Positions 50,747 to 59,507 of a stretch of 64,000 bases of DNA are shown here, in pieces. The notes below the pieces were generated by a model. That model had not been told where the DNA came from. It ran no database searches and saw only the letters and a program-made list of their open reading frames with translations. The DNA is from Candidatus Poribacteria bacterium (lineage in GTDB: Bacteria; Poribacteria; WGA-4E; WGA-3G), in contig OZ244048.1 of NCBI GenBank assembly GCA_965215265.1, positions 4,448,001-4,512,000 of the forward strand, written 5' to 3'. A program made the position numbers and the translations under genes. Within the stretch, counting starts at the first letter, position 1. Each line of letters opens with the position of its first letter.

Positions 50747-51166
50747 TTAAAATGTGACTCTAAGTATTAGAATCACAGCCCCAGAATCATCTACCTCGGG
50801 CGGATCGTGTTCGTTTTCGCAGTCATAAAGAGCTCGGCGTGCAGTTTCAAGTTTCGCAGACTCATTAGCAAGATGTGCCACGGCGAGTGCTTTGGCTGCA
50901 GCAAGCCCGGCTACTGCCCACCACTGCCCAGATGCTATAGCCGCCATGAGTGCTACATGCGCAGCTAGCACGTACCCTCCCGCGATATATACAGCGTTTT
51001 CTGCATCCTTTACTGCTTGTCTTTCAGTTTCGCAATGCTCCGCAATCACAGAGCCTATGAGAAACGCCATCGTAAATAGAACAATCAGGCTAATTACCGC
51101 AAGCAGGTTTGAGTTCACCTTTGGCAATTGTATGGGTCTAAGTACCCAAGTTAATGTGTTTGTCAT
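50747..51166 (-). CDS. secreted Ala-rich helical-hairpin protein bracketed by two Cys
   Basis: AGGAG RBS; signal region; C...hydrophobic core...C; probable 1-nt loss near 50779-50782. Confidence 0.85.
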   Translation of the reverse strand: MTNTLTWVLRPIQLPKVNSNLLAVISLIVLFTMAFLIGSVIAEHCETERQAVKDAENAVYIAGGYVLAAHVALMAAIASGQWWAVAGLAAAKALAVAHLANESAKLETARRALYDCENEHDPPEVDDSGAVILILRVTF

Positions 51167-51197
51167 GAGATTCTCCTATTATTTTCTAGGAGATACG

Positions 51198-51569
51198 AAT
51201 GATATTATCATATCCCCTACATGAAAGTCAACAAAAGACTACAATTCTTATCTTCTTGTTTTGCGTTCAAAACAGAAGAATATCCGAGGCAACCTAGCAC
51301 GCGTAAGGAGTTCTCGTTATCTTATATTGTACTAGCGAGATGTCGTTGTTTCCAAATCTCATCACACGCGCCGTTGCTGATTCAATAATAAGCAATCTCT
51401 ATGCCAATTTGCCTTACGATTCTGGGGACATCGCGAACGCACCTCAATTCGGTGCGTTGGGACATCTTAAAAACCTTAGGGCCACGCAGGTTTATACGAG
51501 ATGGAGGCATCGTTAGCTGCCGTTGAAAGTTTAGAAGTGAAATCGGTCCGTTGGACGGATAAAAATGGA
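51198..51569 (-). repeat. leader repeat copy C (full length) with intact sigma54 and sigma70-like promoters
   Basis: TTGGCATAGAGATTGCT at 51407-51391; hairpin TCTTCTTGTTTTG/CAAAACAGAAGA; palindrome AACGCACC-N7-GGTGCGTT. Confidence 0.9.
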
Positions 51570-51572
51570 AAC

Positions 51573-51673
51573 CCGCAAAAATTGTAGGGTGTCCGGTAAG
51601 AATAGGTGTCCATTCTGCAAAAATTGTAGGTTATTTTGCGAGAAGGGGATGTGTGGCCCGCAAAAATTGCTGG
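51573..51673. promoter_or_regulatory. candidate upstream activator sequences (three direct repeats)
   Basis: GCAAAAATTG starting at 51575, 51617 and 51660, between two divergent sigma54 promoters. Confidence 0.6.
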
Positions 51674-51964
51674 TTTATGCGAGACTTTTGGGCGGTTCAC
51701 TGTTTTTTCCAAGGTAAAATCACTTCTGAAGGTCTCATCTGTTGTGTTGGGTTACAGGATCGGGCAAGGCGGCTTGGTCGTGCAGACAGAAGTTGAGTTT
51801 CCTATTCAATCAGAAGCCACCGTGGAAAAGACTTTCCGCAGCGTTTGTGAGACATGAGATGCTCTGCTCCCTTAGGAAATTAACGCTCAGTGTAATACTA
51901 ATATCAGATATGCTTCTCTCGGCGTTAGAGAGAGAAGTTCTCTATTAAACTCGGCGACAAGATA

Positions 51965-51980
51965 TGGCACAAAATTTGCT
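51965..51980 (+). promoter_or_regulatory. sigma54 (-24/-12) promoter of the activator gene
   Basis: TGGCACAAAATTTGCT matches TGGCAC-N5-TTGCW. Confidence 0.85.
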
Positions 51981-52078
51981 AATTAACAATGAAGAGCCCT
52001 ATGAATGGAGCTCGGGAGCTTGTTGCCACTGTAGAAAAACGACACAAATCCGAGTAATCTGAATATGGGAGGAGGATT

Positions 52079-53209
52079 ATGAATGAATCTACCGTTACCC
52101 TTAAATCTCCACAGATGCGAGCGGTTTACCGCGCCATCCAGCGGGTTGCACAGACGAACGTCTCGGTTCTCATTACAGGTGAAACCGGGGTCGGTAAAGA
52201 GATAATTGCACAAGCGATTCATAACCAGAGTTTGAGAAGGGACAAACCGTTTAAAGTGGTGAATTGCGGTGCGTTTCACCGGGAGCTTCTGTCTAGTGAG
52301 CTCTTTGGGCACGAGAAGGGTGCGTTTACCGGGGCGACTGCCCAAAGACGTGGCATGTTGGAACAGGCAGACGGCGGCACGTTGTTTCTGGATGAGGTAG
52401 GCGAAATGTTTCCTGAACTGCAGCCCATGTTCCTCCGCACCTTAGAAACACAGACGTTTACGCGGCTCGGTGGAAATAGAGAGATTAGAGTGGATGTCCG
52501 TGTTATCGCGGCGACAAATAGTGATATGGAGACAGCGATTTATAACAAGCAGTTCCGGGAAGATCTTTACTTTCGGCTCAATGGATTTCAGATTCATATC
52601 CCGCCGTTGTGGGAACGTCCTGAGGATATTCCGCCACTGGTTTCTACTTTCATTTCTCAATTAAGTATGAAATATGGGAAGAAAGTGGTGAGGATGACCC
52701 CGGAAGCCCTCTATTTCCTGAAACAGGCGGCATGGCCGGGCAATATCCGTGAACTCAAAAATGTGATTGGCAGAGCTATCCTTGAAACCGACGCATCCGT
52801 TGTCGGAATCTCGGAGGTCTCTTTGGCACTATTTGGAAAGCCAGCGACAGGCATACTCCTATCTCAGGTAGGTTCTTCTGTTAAGGAAGCGTTCTACCCT
52901 CTTCTGACGCATATCTCCTTGACAGAGTTTATCCAGATTTTTGCGGGGATTTCGCCCGATATATGGAAGTTAGTTCCTAAGCAGGTGCAACGCGGCGTTA
53001 TCCGTGAAGCATCTTTCTATTTATCGCGACTTTTGGATGGCCATCAAGGCCCTATCCGTCTTGATAGCATGACGAAAGACGAGATTTTATCTGTGGTTGC
53101 TGGGCAGCGCCTAGAAGCATGTGGCTCCTTAGCGCGAGCAGCAGCGTCGCTGGATGTAGATGTTCGGACACTCAAGGAATATCTAGCAGTAGGCGAAGCA
53201 GAGGCATAA
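52079..53209 (+). CDS. sigma54-dependent enhancer-binding protein without an N-terminal sensor domain
   Basis: GGAGGAGG RBS; GETGVGKE, ELFGHEKGAFTGA, LFLDEV, FREDLYFRL, WPGNIREL; C-terminal Fis-type HTH LARAAASLDVDVRTL. Confidence 0.93.
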   Translation: MNESTVTLKSPQMRAVYRAIQRVAQTNVSVLITGETGVGKEIIAQAIHNQSLRRDKPFKVVNCGAFHRELLSSELFGHEKGAFTGATAQRRGMLEQADGGTLFLDEVGEMFPELQPMFLRTLETQTFTRLGGNREIRVDVRVIAATNSDMETAIYNKQFREDLYFRLNGFQIHIPPLWERPEDIPPLVSTFISQLSMKYGKKVVRMTPEALYFLKQAAWPGNIRELKNVIGRAILETDASVVGISEVSLALFGKPATGILLSQVGSSVKEAFYPLLTHISLTEFIQIFAGISPDIWKLVPKQVQRGVIREASFYLSRLLDGHQGPIRLDSMTKDEILSVVAGQRLEACGSLARAAASLDVDVRTLKEYLAVGEAEA

Positions 53210-53373
53210 GACCTAATTATCGTAATTTCTCGGTGCTAAGACACGTTCTAGAGGGACTTGACACTAATTTGAATGCTATTATTTTCATCAGGCAGTTTTT
53301 CCTCGCCTGCCTCGCGTCCAATTTCATCAACATGCGGCAACAGTGGAGTGGAGACGAAACCCCGAAGCTGCAG

Positions 53374-53826
53374 TCAGGAATCGTCTCTACCAGAGGAACA
53401 TTTTTTTAAATTGTCTGCGAGCCGAGTGATGATTTCCGACTCTAATTGCCCGATTGCTCCGGAATTTTCGTTGTCCGCTATTGTATTTAGGAGCATCTCG
53501 ATATCTTGTTGCTCCATTAACGTGAATGGCTTATGCTGTTGCATAATTCGGATTAATCGCGGTAACACATAAGTTCTGAAAAGAGGTTCTTCCCAGCAGA
53601 GCTCGTCGGTAATTCTGCAGAGCTCCTCGGTGCACATTTTCACTTGCCTCTCCAAGTTTTCCAGGTCACGATGTTTCTCGGTGTCCAGATTTTTGGAAAT
53701 GTCGGCACGTTGGTGCCCTATCTCTCGTGCCGTGAGGATTTTGTCTTCCATGACCATTAAGGCTTCTACCTTTTCTATAAAAGTATCGGCACGATTTTTG
53801 GCCTTGATAATGTTGCTTTCACTCAC
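53374..53826 (-). CDS. hypothetical helical/coiled-coil protein
   Basis: GAGG RBS, GTG start, convergent with the activator. Confidence 0.7.
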   Translation of the reverse strand: MSESNIIKAKNRADTFIEKVEALMVMEDKILTAREIGHQRADISKNLDTEKHRDLENLERQVKMCTEELCRITDELCWEEPLFRTYVLPRLIRIMQQHKPFTLMEQQDIEMLLNTIADNENSGAIGQLESEIITRLADNLKKCSSGRDDS

Positions 53827-54368
53827 CTATTTACCTCATTTTTATCATAGATTTTAGAATACGGATACGTTTGAAAAACTTGCTCAACGGTTAAGCTCCG
53901 GAAAATGATATAGGGCAATGCTTTTTGTCAGCAATTGCACCTCTAACCAGCCAGAAATGCACAAATCACGTTTTTGCTGAAAGAAAATACGTGCATTTTG
54001 AGATACTATTGCTAGCTGCCTGTACACACTTTACGATATTTTACGAATAAAATCCTGTCAATTTTGTGTCAATAATATTCTTAATAGTTATATCAAAAAA
54101 AACAGAAAAGTCAAATTTATTTTTTGGCGTACTGCCTGATAGATCGATTTAGGATATAATCTCACTAACAGAAAAAAGGGCAGCAAATTCGATCCGTTGT
54201 GATGGGGGTAGATAGCCTTCACGTTCGTGTGACATGCGGTAGAAAATTCTTTACAATTGTGCGTGCTAGATTAGATTTGAGAATATGAATAAACTTGCTG
54301 CGCCATCAAGGAGTGAGGGGACTGTTGTTCCAAAAAACTGTAGTTGAAATGACGCAAAGGCGGATTTT

Positions 54369-56264
54369 CTACGATTGAAAATTGAGATGCACGAAGGCCG
54401 GATCGAGTTTCAGCACCGTTTGAATCGCTTTTATCGCCTTTTTCCGTTTGTTGGCTTTCATCGCAACTAACGCCAAGTGGTAGTGTGCCTCAATATAATC
54501 GCTCTGAAGGCGGATTACGCGCTCTAACGTGTTGATGGCTCTGTTCGTCTGTCCCCGCTGAGACTGGATCCAGCCCAACGTGTCATGATATGCTGCAACG
54601 TCTGGGTTGAGCAGAACCGCTTTATATGCTAACGCTTCAGCCAATAACAATTTCTGTCGGTACCCATTCACATATAAACGGGCTAAGTTATTGTAGGCCT
54701 GTCCATCTTCAGGTGTCATCGCGAGTGCTTTTTCATAAACGCGTTGCGCATCCGAGAGGCGACCGAGTTTCATATACGCTGTACCGAGGGCATTATACGT
54801 TTTGTAATCTGGATACCTAGATGTTCGCATCGAGGCTTGTGCTTCAAACGGATCGTGAGTCTCATTTGCATGGGCCGCTAAAAAGAATTCATACGCCTTA
54901 ACTGCAAGCGCGTACTGATTTTCCATCAAGTACGCAAAACCTAATTTCTTATAGTAGTGAATCGGAATTGGACCGAGATGCCGGCTCAATTCGTACGAAT
55001 CAATCGCTTGCCTATAATAGCCTTCTTGGATGTAGAAGTCCCCTGCGGCAAGGGAGCGTTTTACTTCCGCAGACGGATCGCCAACAATAAACCCGAGCTG
55101 ACTCATACCTCTTGTATCTGATCCATCATGACCTTGATAAAGGATTGCGCCAATTGTTATTCCTACGAGAACGCACCATAATACAATGTAGGTTCGGGTT
55201 CGGGATACCCAACGTTTAGAGAAATAGGTATCCGGGCGTAGCAATAGTGCAAAAAGGTTGGGCCGTGGTTGTTCAGCAATCGGGCTATAGGCACCCATCG
55301 GGCTGTACCACACTGCAGGCGAGCTCGGTGCTAATACAGGAAGATTTGTAGTCTGTCCGGCTAATCGGGGCGATTGGGAGATCGATGCCGATGATTTCTC
55401 TAGCTCGGCATCCTCGGCTGTTGGGACATCATCTAATGTTTCTGTCTCTGTGAGGATATCCTCACTCAGTTCTTCATCTGTCTGTTCTGCTGAGACATCT
55501 ATTGGCGTGTCGATGTCCAACGGCTCTGTTTCTGTGAATTCAACTTCATTTCCTTCTTCACTGTTTTCAGGGCTCTCTTGCAAATGTCCCTCGCCAGAAA
55601 CTGTTGAGTCCGTTTCTGACGGACTTGACACAGATAGAACATCATCTACCGATGTGGTTGTGGGTTCTTTTGTGGCTGTGGATTCTTTAACGTCCTGTGT
55701 ATCTTCCGGAACGTTCGTCTTCACTTGCGTAGGCAAATTCGCTGGTTCCGGAGATTCTTCTGCGAAAGTCTCTTGTCCGGTTGTTGTTTCTGAACGGTGA
55801 GCTGATAAGTCATCGGTGATGTTCGTACCGGGCGTTACCTCGGGAAAACGTTCCTCAATCCGGGCAACGCACTTATTCGCTTCCAGTCGCGTTAACAGTG
55901 AATCTACATTTTGGAATAATTGCAGTGTTGGTAGCACACTGCGAGTACCAAGTTCTGCGACCGCTTCCATCATTGCCCAGGCGGTTAGATCATTTGACTC
56001 GGTTTTCAAGGCATGCAGAAGTGGTTCCAGGGATGCTGTCGCGTTCAGTTGCTGGAGTGCCTTTGCTGCTTCCCGCCGCACCGTTGAATCCGCATCTGCG
56101 AGTGCATCCGTTAAAAACGGCACTGCTTCCGTCTCAGCCTGCTCGGCGAGGTTTGCAACAGCCGCCCTCCGGAGCCCACTCGGCAGCGTTAGATCTTTTA
56201 ATGTTTGTATAGATTGCTCAAAAGATAACATAACAGTCTTCATGTTTTGCCGGTAATGTAACAT
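54369..56264 (-). CDS. HEAT-repeat, acidic linker, TM and TPR-repeat protein
   Basis: VPFLTDALAD...VRREAAKAL HEAT repeats; single TM; YNALGTAY, AYNNLA, AHYHLA TPRs. Start may be 56243. Confidence 0.88.
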   Translation of the reverse strand: MLHYRQNMKTVMLSFEQSIQTLKDLTLPSGLRRAAVANLAEQAETEAVPFLTDALADADSTVRREAAKALQQLNATASLEPLLHALKTESNDLTAWAMMEAVAELGTRSVLPTLQLFQNVDSLLTRLEANKCVARIEERFPEVTPGTNITDDLSAHRSETTTGQETFAEESPEPANLPTQVKTNVPEDTQDVKESTATKEPTTTSVDDVLSVSSPSETDSTVSGEGHLQESPENSEEGNEVEFTETEPLDIDTPIDVSAEQTDEELSEDILTETETLDDVPTAEDAELEKSSASISQSPRLAGQTTNLPVLAPSSPAVWYSPMGAYSPIAEQPRPNLFALLLRPDTYFSKRWVSRTRTYIVLWCVLVGITIGAILYQGHDGSDTRGMSQLGFIVGDPSAEVKRSLAAGDFYIQEGYYRQAIDSYELSRHLGPIPIHYYKKLGFAYLMENQYALAVKAYEFFLAAHANETHDPFEAQASMRTSRYPDYKTYNALGTAYMKLGRLSDAQRVYEKALAMTPEDGQAYNNLARLYVNGYRQKLLLAEALAYKAVLLNPDVAAYHDTLGWIQSQRGQTNRAINTLERVIRLQSDYIEAHYHLALVAMKANKRKKAIKAIQTVLKLDPAFVHLNFQS

Positions 56265-56476
56265 CCACTGTCAGTTTACGCGCGCCGTGAAAACATAAGA
56301 CGCCAATTAACAAAACGAATTATCCTTTAAAAAGATTCACGTTTTTATTTTGCTTGACGGATTAGAGAAATAAGTGTATCATGCTATAAAGTCTGATAGG
56401 AATTATAAATCAGTTTTTTCAATTTCAATAGAGACTTTCAAACTGCATCATCCTTAACAGAGGAGATTTAAAGATA

Positions 56477-58135
56477 ATGGCAAAAAAGACTTGTATGAAA
56501 TGTACACAACGAATTTCGCCGCTAATTATCCAGAACACTAAGATTGGCATAAGCAAGATATGGGGTGCTTCTTATGTCATAACAATTCTTGTGATTTTAG
56601 GGGTGTTGGTTATGCACGGCAGTGCGGACTCCCTCCATCGCGGCGGCACCCTAATCTTCGGCCGCGGAGGAGATTCCATCGGGCTTGATCCGGGACATGA
56701 AATGGACGGTGAATCCTTTAAAGTCTGCGACAATATCTATGATACACTCGTTCAATATAGCGACGAAGGGACGGAGCTGACCCCCGGACTCGCCGCATCC
56801 TGGGACAGCTCAGCAGATGGATTAACATGGACGTTCCATCTGCGACAAGGCGTGAAATTTCATGACGGTACACCTTTTAACGCTGAGGCTGTGCTGTTTT
56901 CACTCAACCGCCAGCATGAACCAACACACCCATTTCATAGAGTCGGGGGTCCGTATGGATATTGGATAGATGCAGGATTAGCCGGTATCGTTGATAAGAT
57001 TACCGCTTCTGATGATTGGACCGTTCAAATTCACCTAAAACAACCTTACGCACCCTTTATCTATACCATGGCAATGACAGCATTTGCGATTGTCAGTCCG
57101 ACAGCCGCCAAAAAGTGGGGTGCTGAGTTTACCAATCATCCTGTCGGAACAGGTCCCTTCAAATTTATCCGATGGGATAGAAATGATAAAATCGTCTTGG
57201 AAGCAAACGAGGACTATTGGAACGGGCCGCCGAACTTGGATAGAATTATTTTTCGTTCCATTCCGGACAATGCCGTCCGATTTATCAAACTTCAAGAAGG
57301 AAGTCTTCACGTCATCCAATTTCCAAACCCCGACGACCTGCCTCTCATTCAAGAGGATGCCAACCTGCAACTCATCGCGCAGCCCGGCCTGAGTATCGGC
57401 TACCTCGCGATGAATATGGATAAGCAACCCTTCGACAACAAAAAGGTACGGCTCGCTATTAACCATGCTGTTAATAAAACCGCAATCGTTGAACATTTGT
57501 ACCAAGGCACCGGAATTGCTGCCAAAAATCCGATCCCGCCGACGCTCTGGAGTTATGATGATACCCTCGAAGATTATGACTACAATCCAGAGAAGGCAAA
57601 GCAGCTTCTCGCTGAGGCAGGTTATCCCAACGGTTTTGAAACCACACTCTGGGCACTACCTGTACCGCGCCCATACATACCTGATGGACGCATGCTCGCT
57701 GAAGTCGTACAATCCAACCTCCGGGACATTAACATTGAGACGAAGATTGTTACTTTTGACTGGGGAACGTATCTTGAAAAAACGAAGAACGGTGAGCACG
57801 ATATGGCATTCTTAGGCTGGTTCGCTGACTTCGGAGACCCGGATAACTTCTTGTACTATCTTTTAAGCAAGACCGCAGCGGAAAAGCCTGCAGGCAATAT
57901 CGCCTTTTACCGTAGTGATGAGATGCAGGATGTACTGGAACGTGCCAGAGTTACCAACGACCGCGACGAACGCATTGCTCTCTATAAACAGGCACAGGCG
58001 ATATTTCATCGGGATGTCCCCTGGGTCCCCATAGCGCACGCACAAAATATTTTAGTTATTAACAAAAAGGTACAAAATCTCAAACTCCATCCGTTAACGT
58101 GGAAATATCTCCGTCATATTTCACTTGCTGAATAG
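56477..58135 (+). CDS. dppA: dipeptide/oligopeptide ABC transporter substrate-binding protein (family 5)
   Basis: PGLAASW...FHLRQGVKFHDGTPF, PVGTGPF, RPY, GDPDNFL. Confidence 0.92.
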   Translation: MAKKTCMKCTQRISPLIIQNTKIGISKIWGASYVITILVILGVLVMHGSADSLHRGGTLIFGRGGDSIGLDPGHEMDGESFKVCDNIYDTLVQYSDEGTELTPGLAASWDSSADGLTWTFHLRQGVKFHDGTPFNAEAVLFSLNRQHEPTHPFHRVGGPYGYWIDAGLAGIVDKITASDDWTVQIHLKQPYAPFIYTMAMTAFAIVSPTAAKKWGAEFTNHPVGTGPFKFIRWDRNDKIVLEANEDYWNGPPNLDRIIFRSIPDNAVRFIKLQEGSLHVIQFPNPDDLPLIQEDANLQLIAQPGLSIGYLAMNMDKQPFDNKKVRLAINHAVNKTAIVEHLYQGTGIAAKNPIPPTLWSYDDTLEDYDYNPEKAKQLLAEAGYPNGFETTLWALPVPRPYIPDGRMLAEVVQSNLRDINIETKIVTFDWGTYLEKTKNGEHDMAFLGWFADFGDPDNFLYYLLSKTAAEKPAGNIAFYRSDEMQDVLERARVTNDRDERIALYKQAQAIFHRDVPWVPIAHAQNILVINKKVQNLKLHPLTWKYLRHISLAE

Positions 58136-58136
58136 G

Positions 58137-58309
58137 ACAACATCAGCCGTTGACGTGCTGCAATATACGAAGAAAACCTCTGGTGAGAAAGGATTCACCC
58201 CGCTGGCGGGGGAAGGGAAGTTCTCCCCGCGGAGGGGATGAATTCCGATCCTTCTTTTTTGAAAAAGTATCATCACAACATCAGCCGTTGACGTGCTGCA
58301 GTATACGAA
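58137..58309. repeat. 35-bp direct repeats enclosing a GC-rich hairpin
   Basis: ACAACATCAGCCGTTGACGTGCTGCA(A/G)TATACGAA at 58137-58171 and 58275-58309. Confidence 0.9.
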
Positions 58310-58353
58310 AAGCGGAATTGTTCTTCCGGCACTCACATTATGCGGGAAAAAAT

Positions 58354-59388
58354 ATGAACCAAAAATTTCGTATCGGGGTCACGCGTGACTTCCTAAAACC
58401 CGACGGTACCTCTGATTTTGAAAACATCGGTGCACCATACTTCGACGAGGCAGGATTGCATTGGGAATACCTCGCAGAATTAGCCCCTACCTTGACCAAG
58501 CAGCAAGTACACGATTATGACGCGCTCTTAGTACTCGGTGGCGGCATTACTGCTGAGACACTCACGGATGTAACTCGCTTAACAATCATCGCCAGATTTG
58601 GAGTCGGTTATGATAAAGTTGACGTGCAAGCATGCACCGAAAACGGGGTGATTTTGACAATCGCACCTGATGGCGTTCGCCGTCCGGTTGCCACCTCCGT
58701 TATAACTTTTATACTATCTTTGAGTCATCTGTTACTAATAAAAGACAAACTCACCCGCACGGGCGGATGGGCTAAAGCGATGGGGCACATGGGGATGGGA
58801 CTTGTCGGACGCACTCTCGGACTTGTCGGAGTGGGCAACATCGGCGCAGAGGTTTTCAAATTGGCACAACCGTTTGGAATGCGGCATATCGCCTTCGATC
58901 CTTACGTCAGTCCTGCGGAAGCAAAAGAAGTTGGCGTAGAATTAGTAGATCTGGATAGTTTGATGCGAACCGCTGACTTTGTCTGTATCTGCTGCCCCTT
59001 GAATGAAGAGACGCGAGGACTCATTGATGAAAGACGCATCGGACTTATGAAGTCTACTGCTTACTTGATTAACACCGCGCGCGGTCCCATCGTTAAACAA
59101 CAGGCACTTACAAAAGCACTGCGCGACCGGTCCATCCAAGGTGCGGGTCTGGATGTCTTCGAGGAAGAACCCATTCATCAGGAAGACCCGCTGTTGGAAT
59201 TAGACAACGTCATCCTTACACCTCACAGCCTCTGCTGGACTGATGAGTGTTTCCAACGCATTAGCCAGAGTGCATGTCAAAATATTGCACGGGTCGCTCG
59301 GGGACAGATACCTTCTTGGATTGTCAATGCTGACGTTGTGGACAGTCCAAAACTGCACCAAAAATTAGAACAGTGGCGAACAACTTAA
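58354..59388 (+). CDS. D-2-hydroxyacid dehydrogenase (SerA-like)
   Basis: RFGVGYD, GVGNIG, INTARG, GLDVFEEEP, LTPH; ATG 58354 preferred over TTG 58150. Confidence 0.92.
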   Translation: MNQKFRIGVTRDFLKPDGTSDFENIGAPYFDEAGLHWEYLAELAPTLTKQQVHDYDALLVLGGGITAETLTDVTRLTIIARFGVGYDKVDVQACTENGVILTIAPDGVRRPVATSVITFILSLSHLLLIKDKLTRTGGWAKAMGHMGMGLVGRTLGLVGVGNIGAEVFKLAQPFGMRHIAFDPYVSPAEAKEVGVELVDLDSLMRTADFVCICCPLNEETRGLIDERRIGLMKSTAYLINTARGPIVKQQALTKALRDRSIQGAGLDVFEEEPIHQEDPLLELDNVILTPHSLCWTDECFQRISQSACQNIARVARGQIPSWIVNADVVDSPKLHQKLEQWRTT

Positions 59389-59420
59389 CTATAAGATGAG
59401 CAGTATACGAAAAAAAACAG

Positions 59421-59482
59421 TGGCGAGATAGGTTTTCTTTATCTCTCCTTTCAGGAGAGATAAGAATACTTTTTACTCGCCA
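59421..59482. repeat. intergenic long hairpin, related to the one at 60668-60724
   Basis: TGGCGAG...TTATCTCTCCT-TTC-AGGAGAGATAA...CTCGCCA. Confidence 0.75.
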
Positions 59483-59507
59483 CCCACAGGGAAAGGAGAA
59501 AGAAGAA

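Noticed and set aside
39671-51569. Integron or diversity-generating retroelement explanation for the cassette array
   Set aside because: No integrase or reverse transcriptase in the window, no attC-type ends recognised, and paralog differences did not look adenine-specific.
58150-58353. 68-aa N-terminal extension of the dehydrogenase
   Set aside because: Translation of the intergenic repeats and hairpin; the fold begins at ATG 58354.
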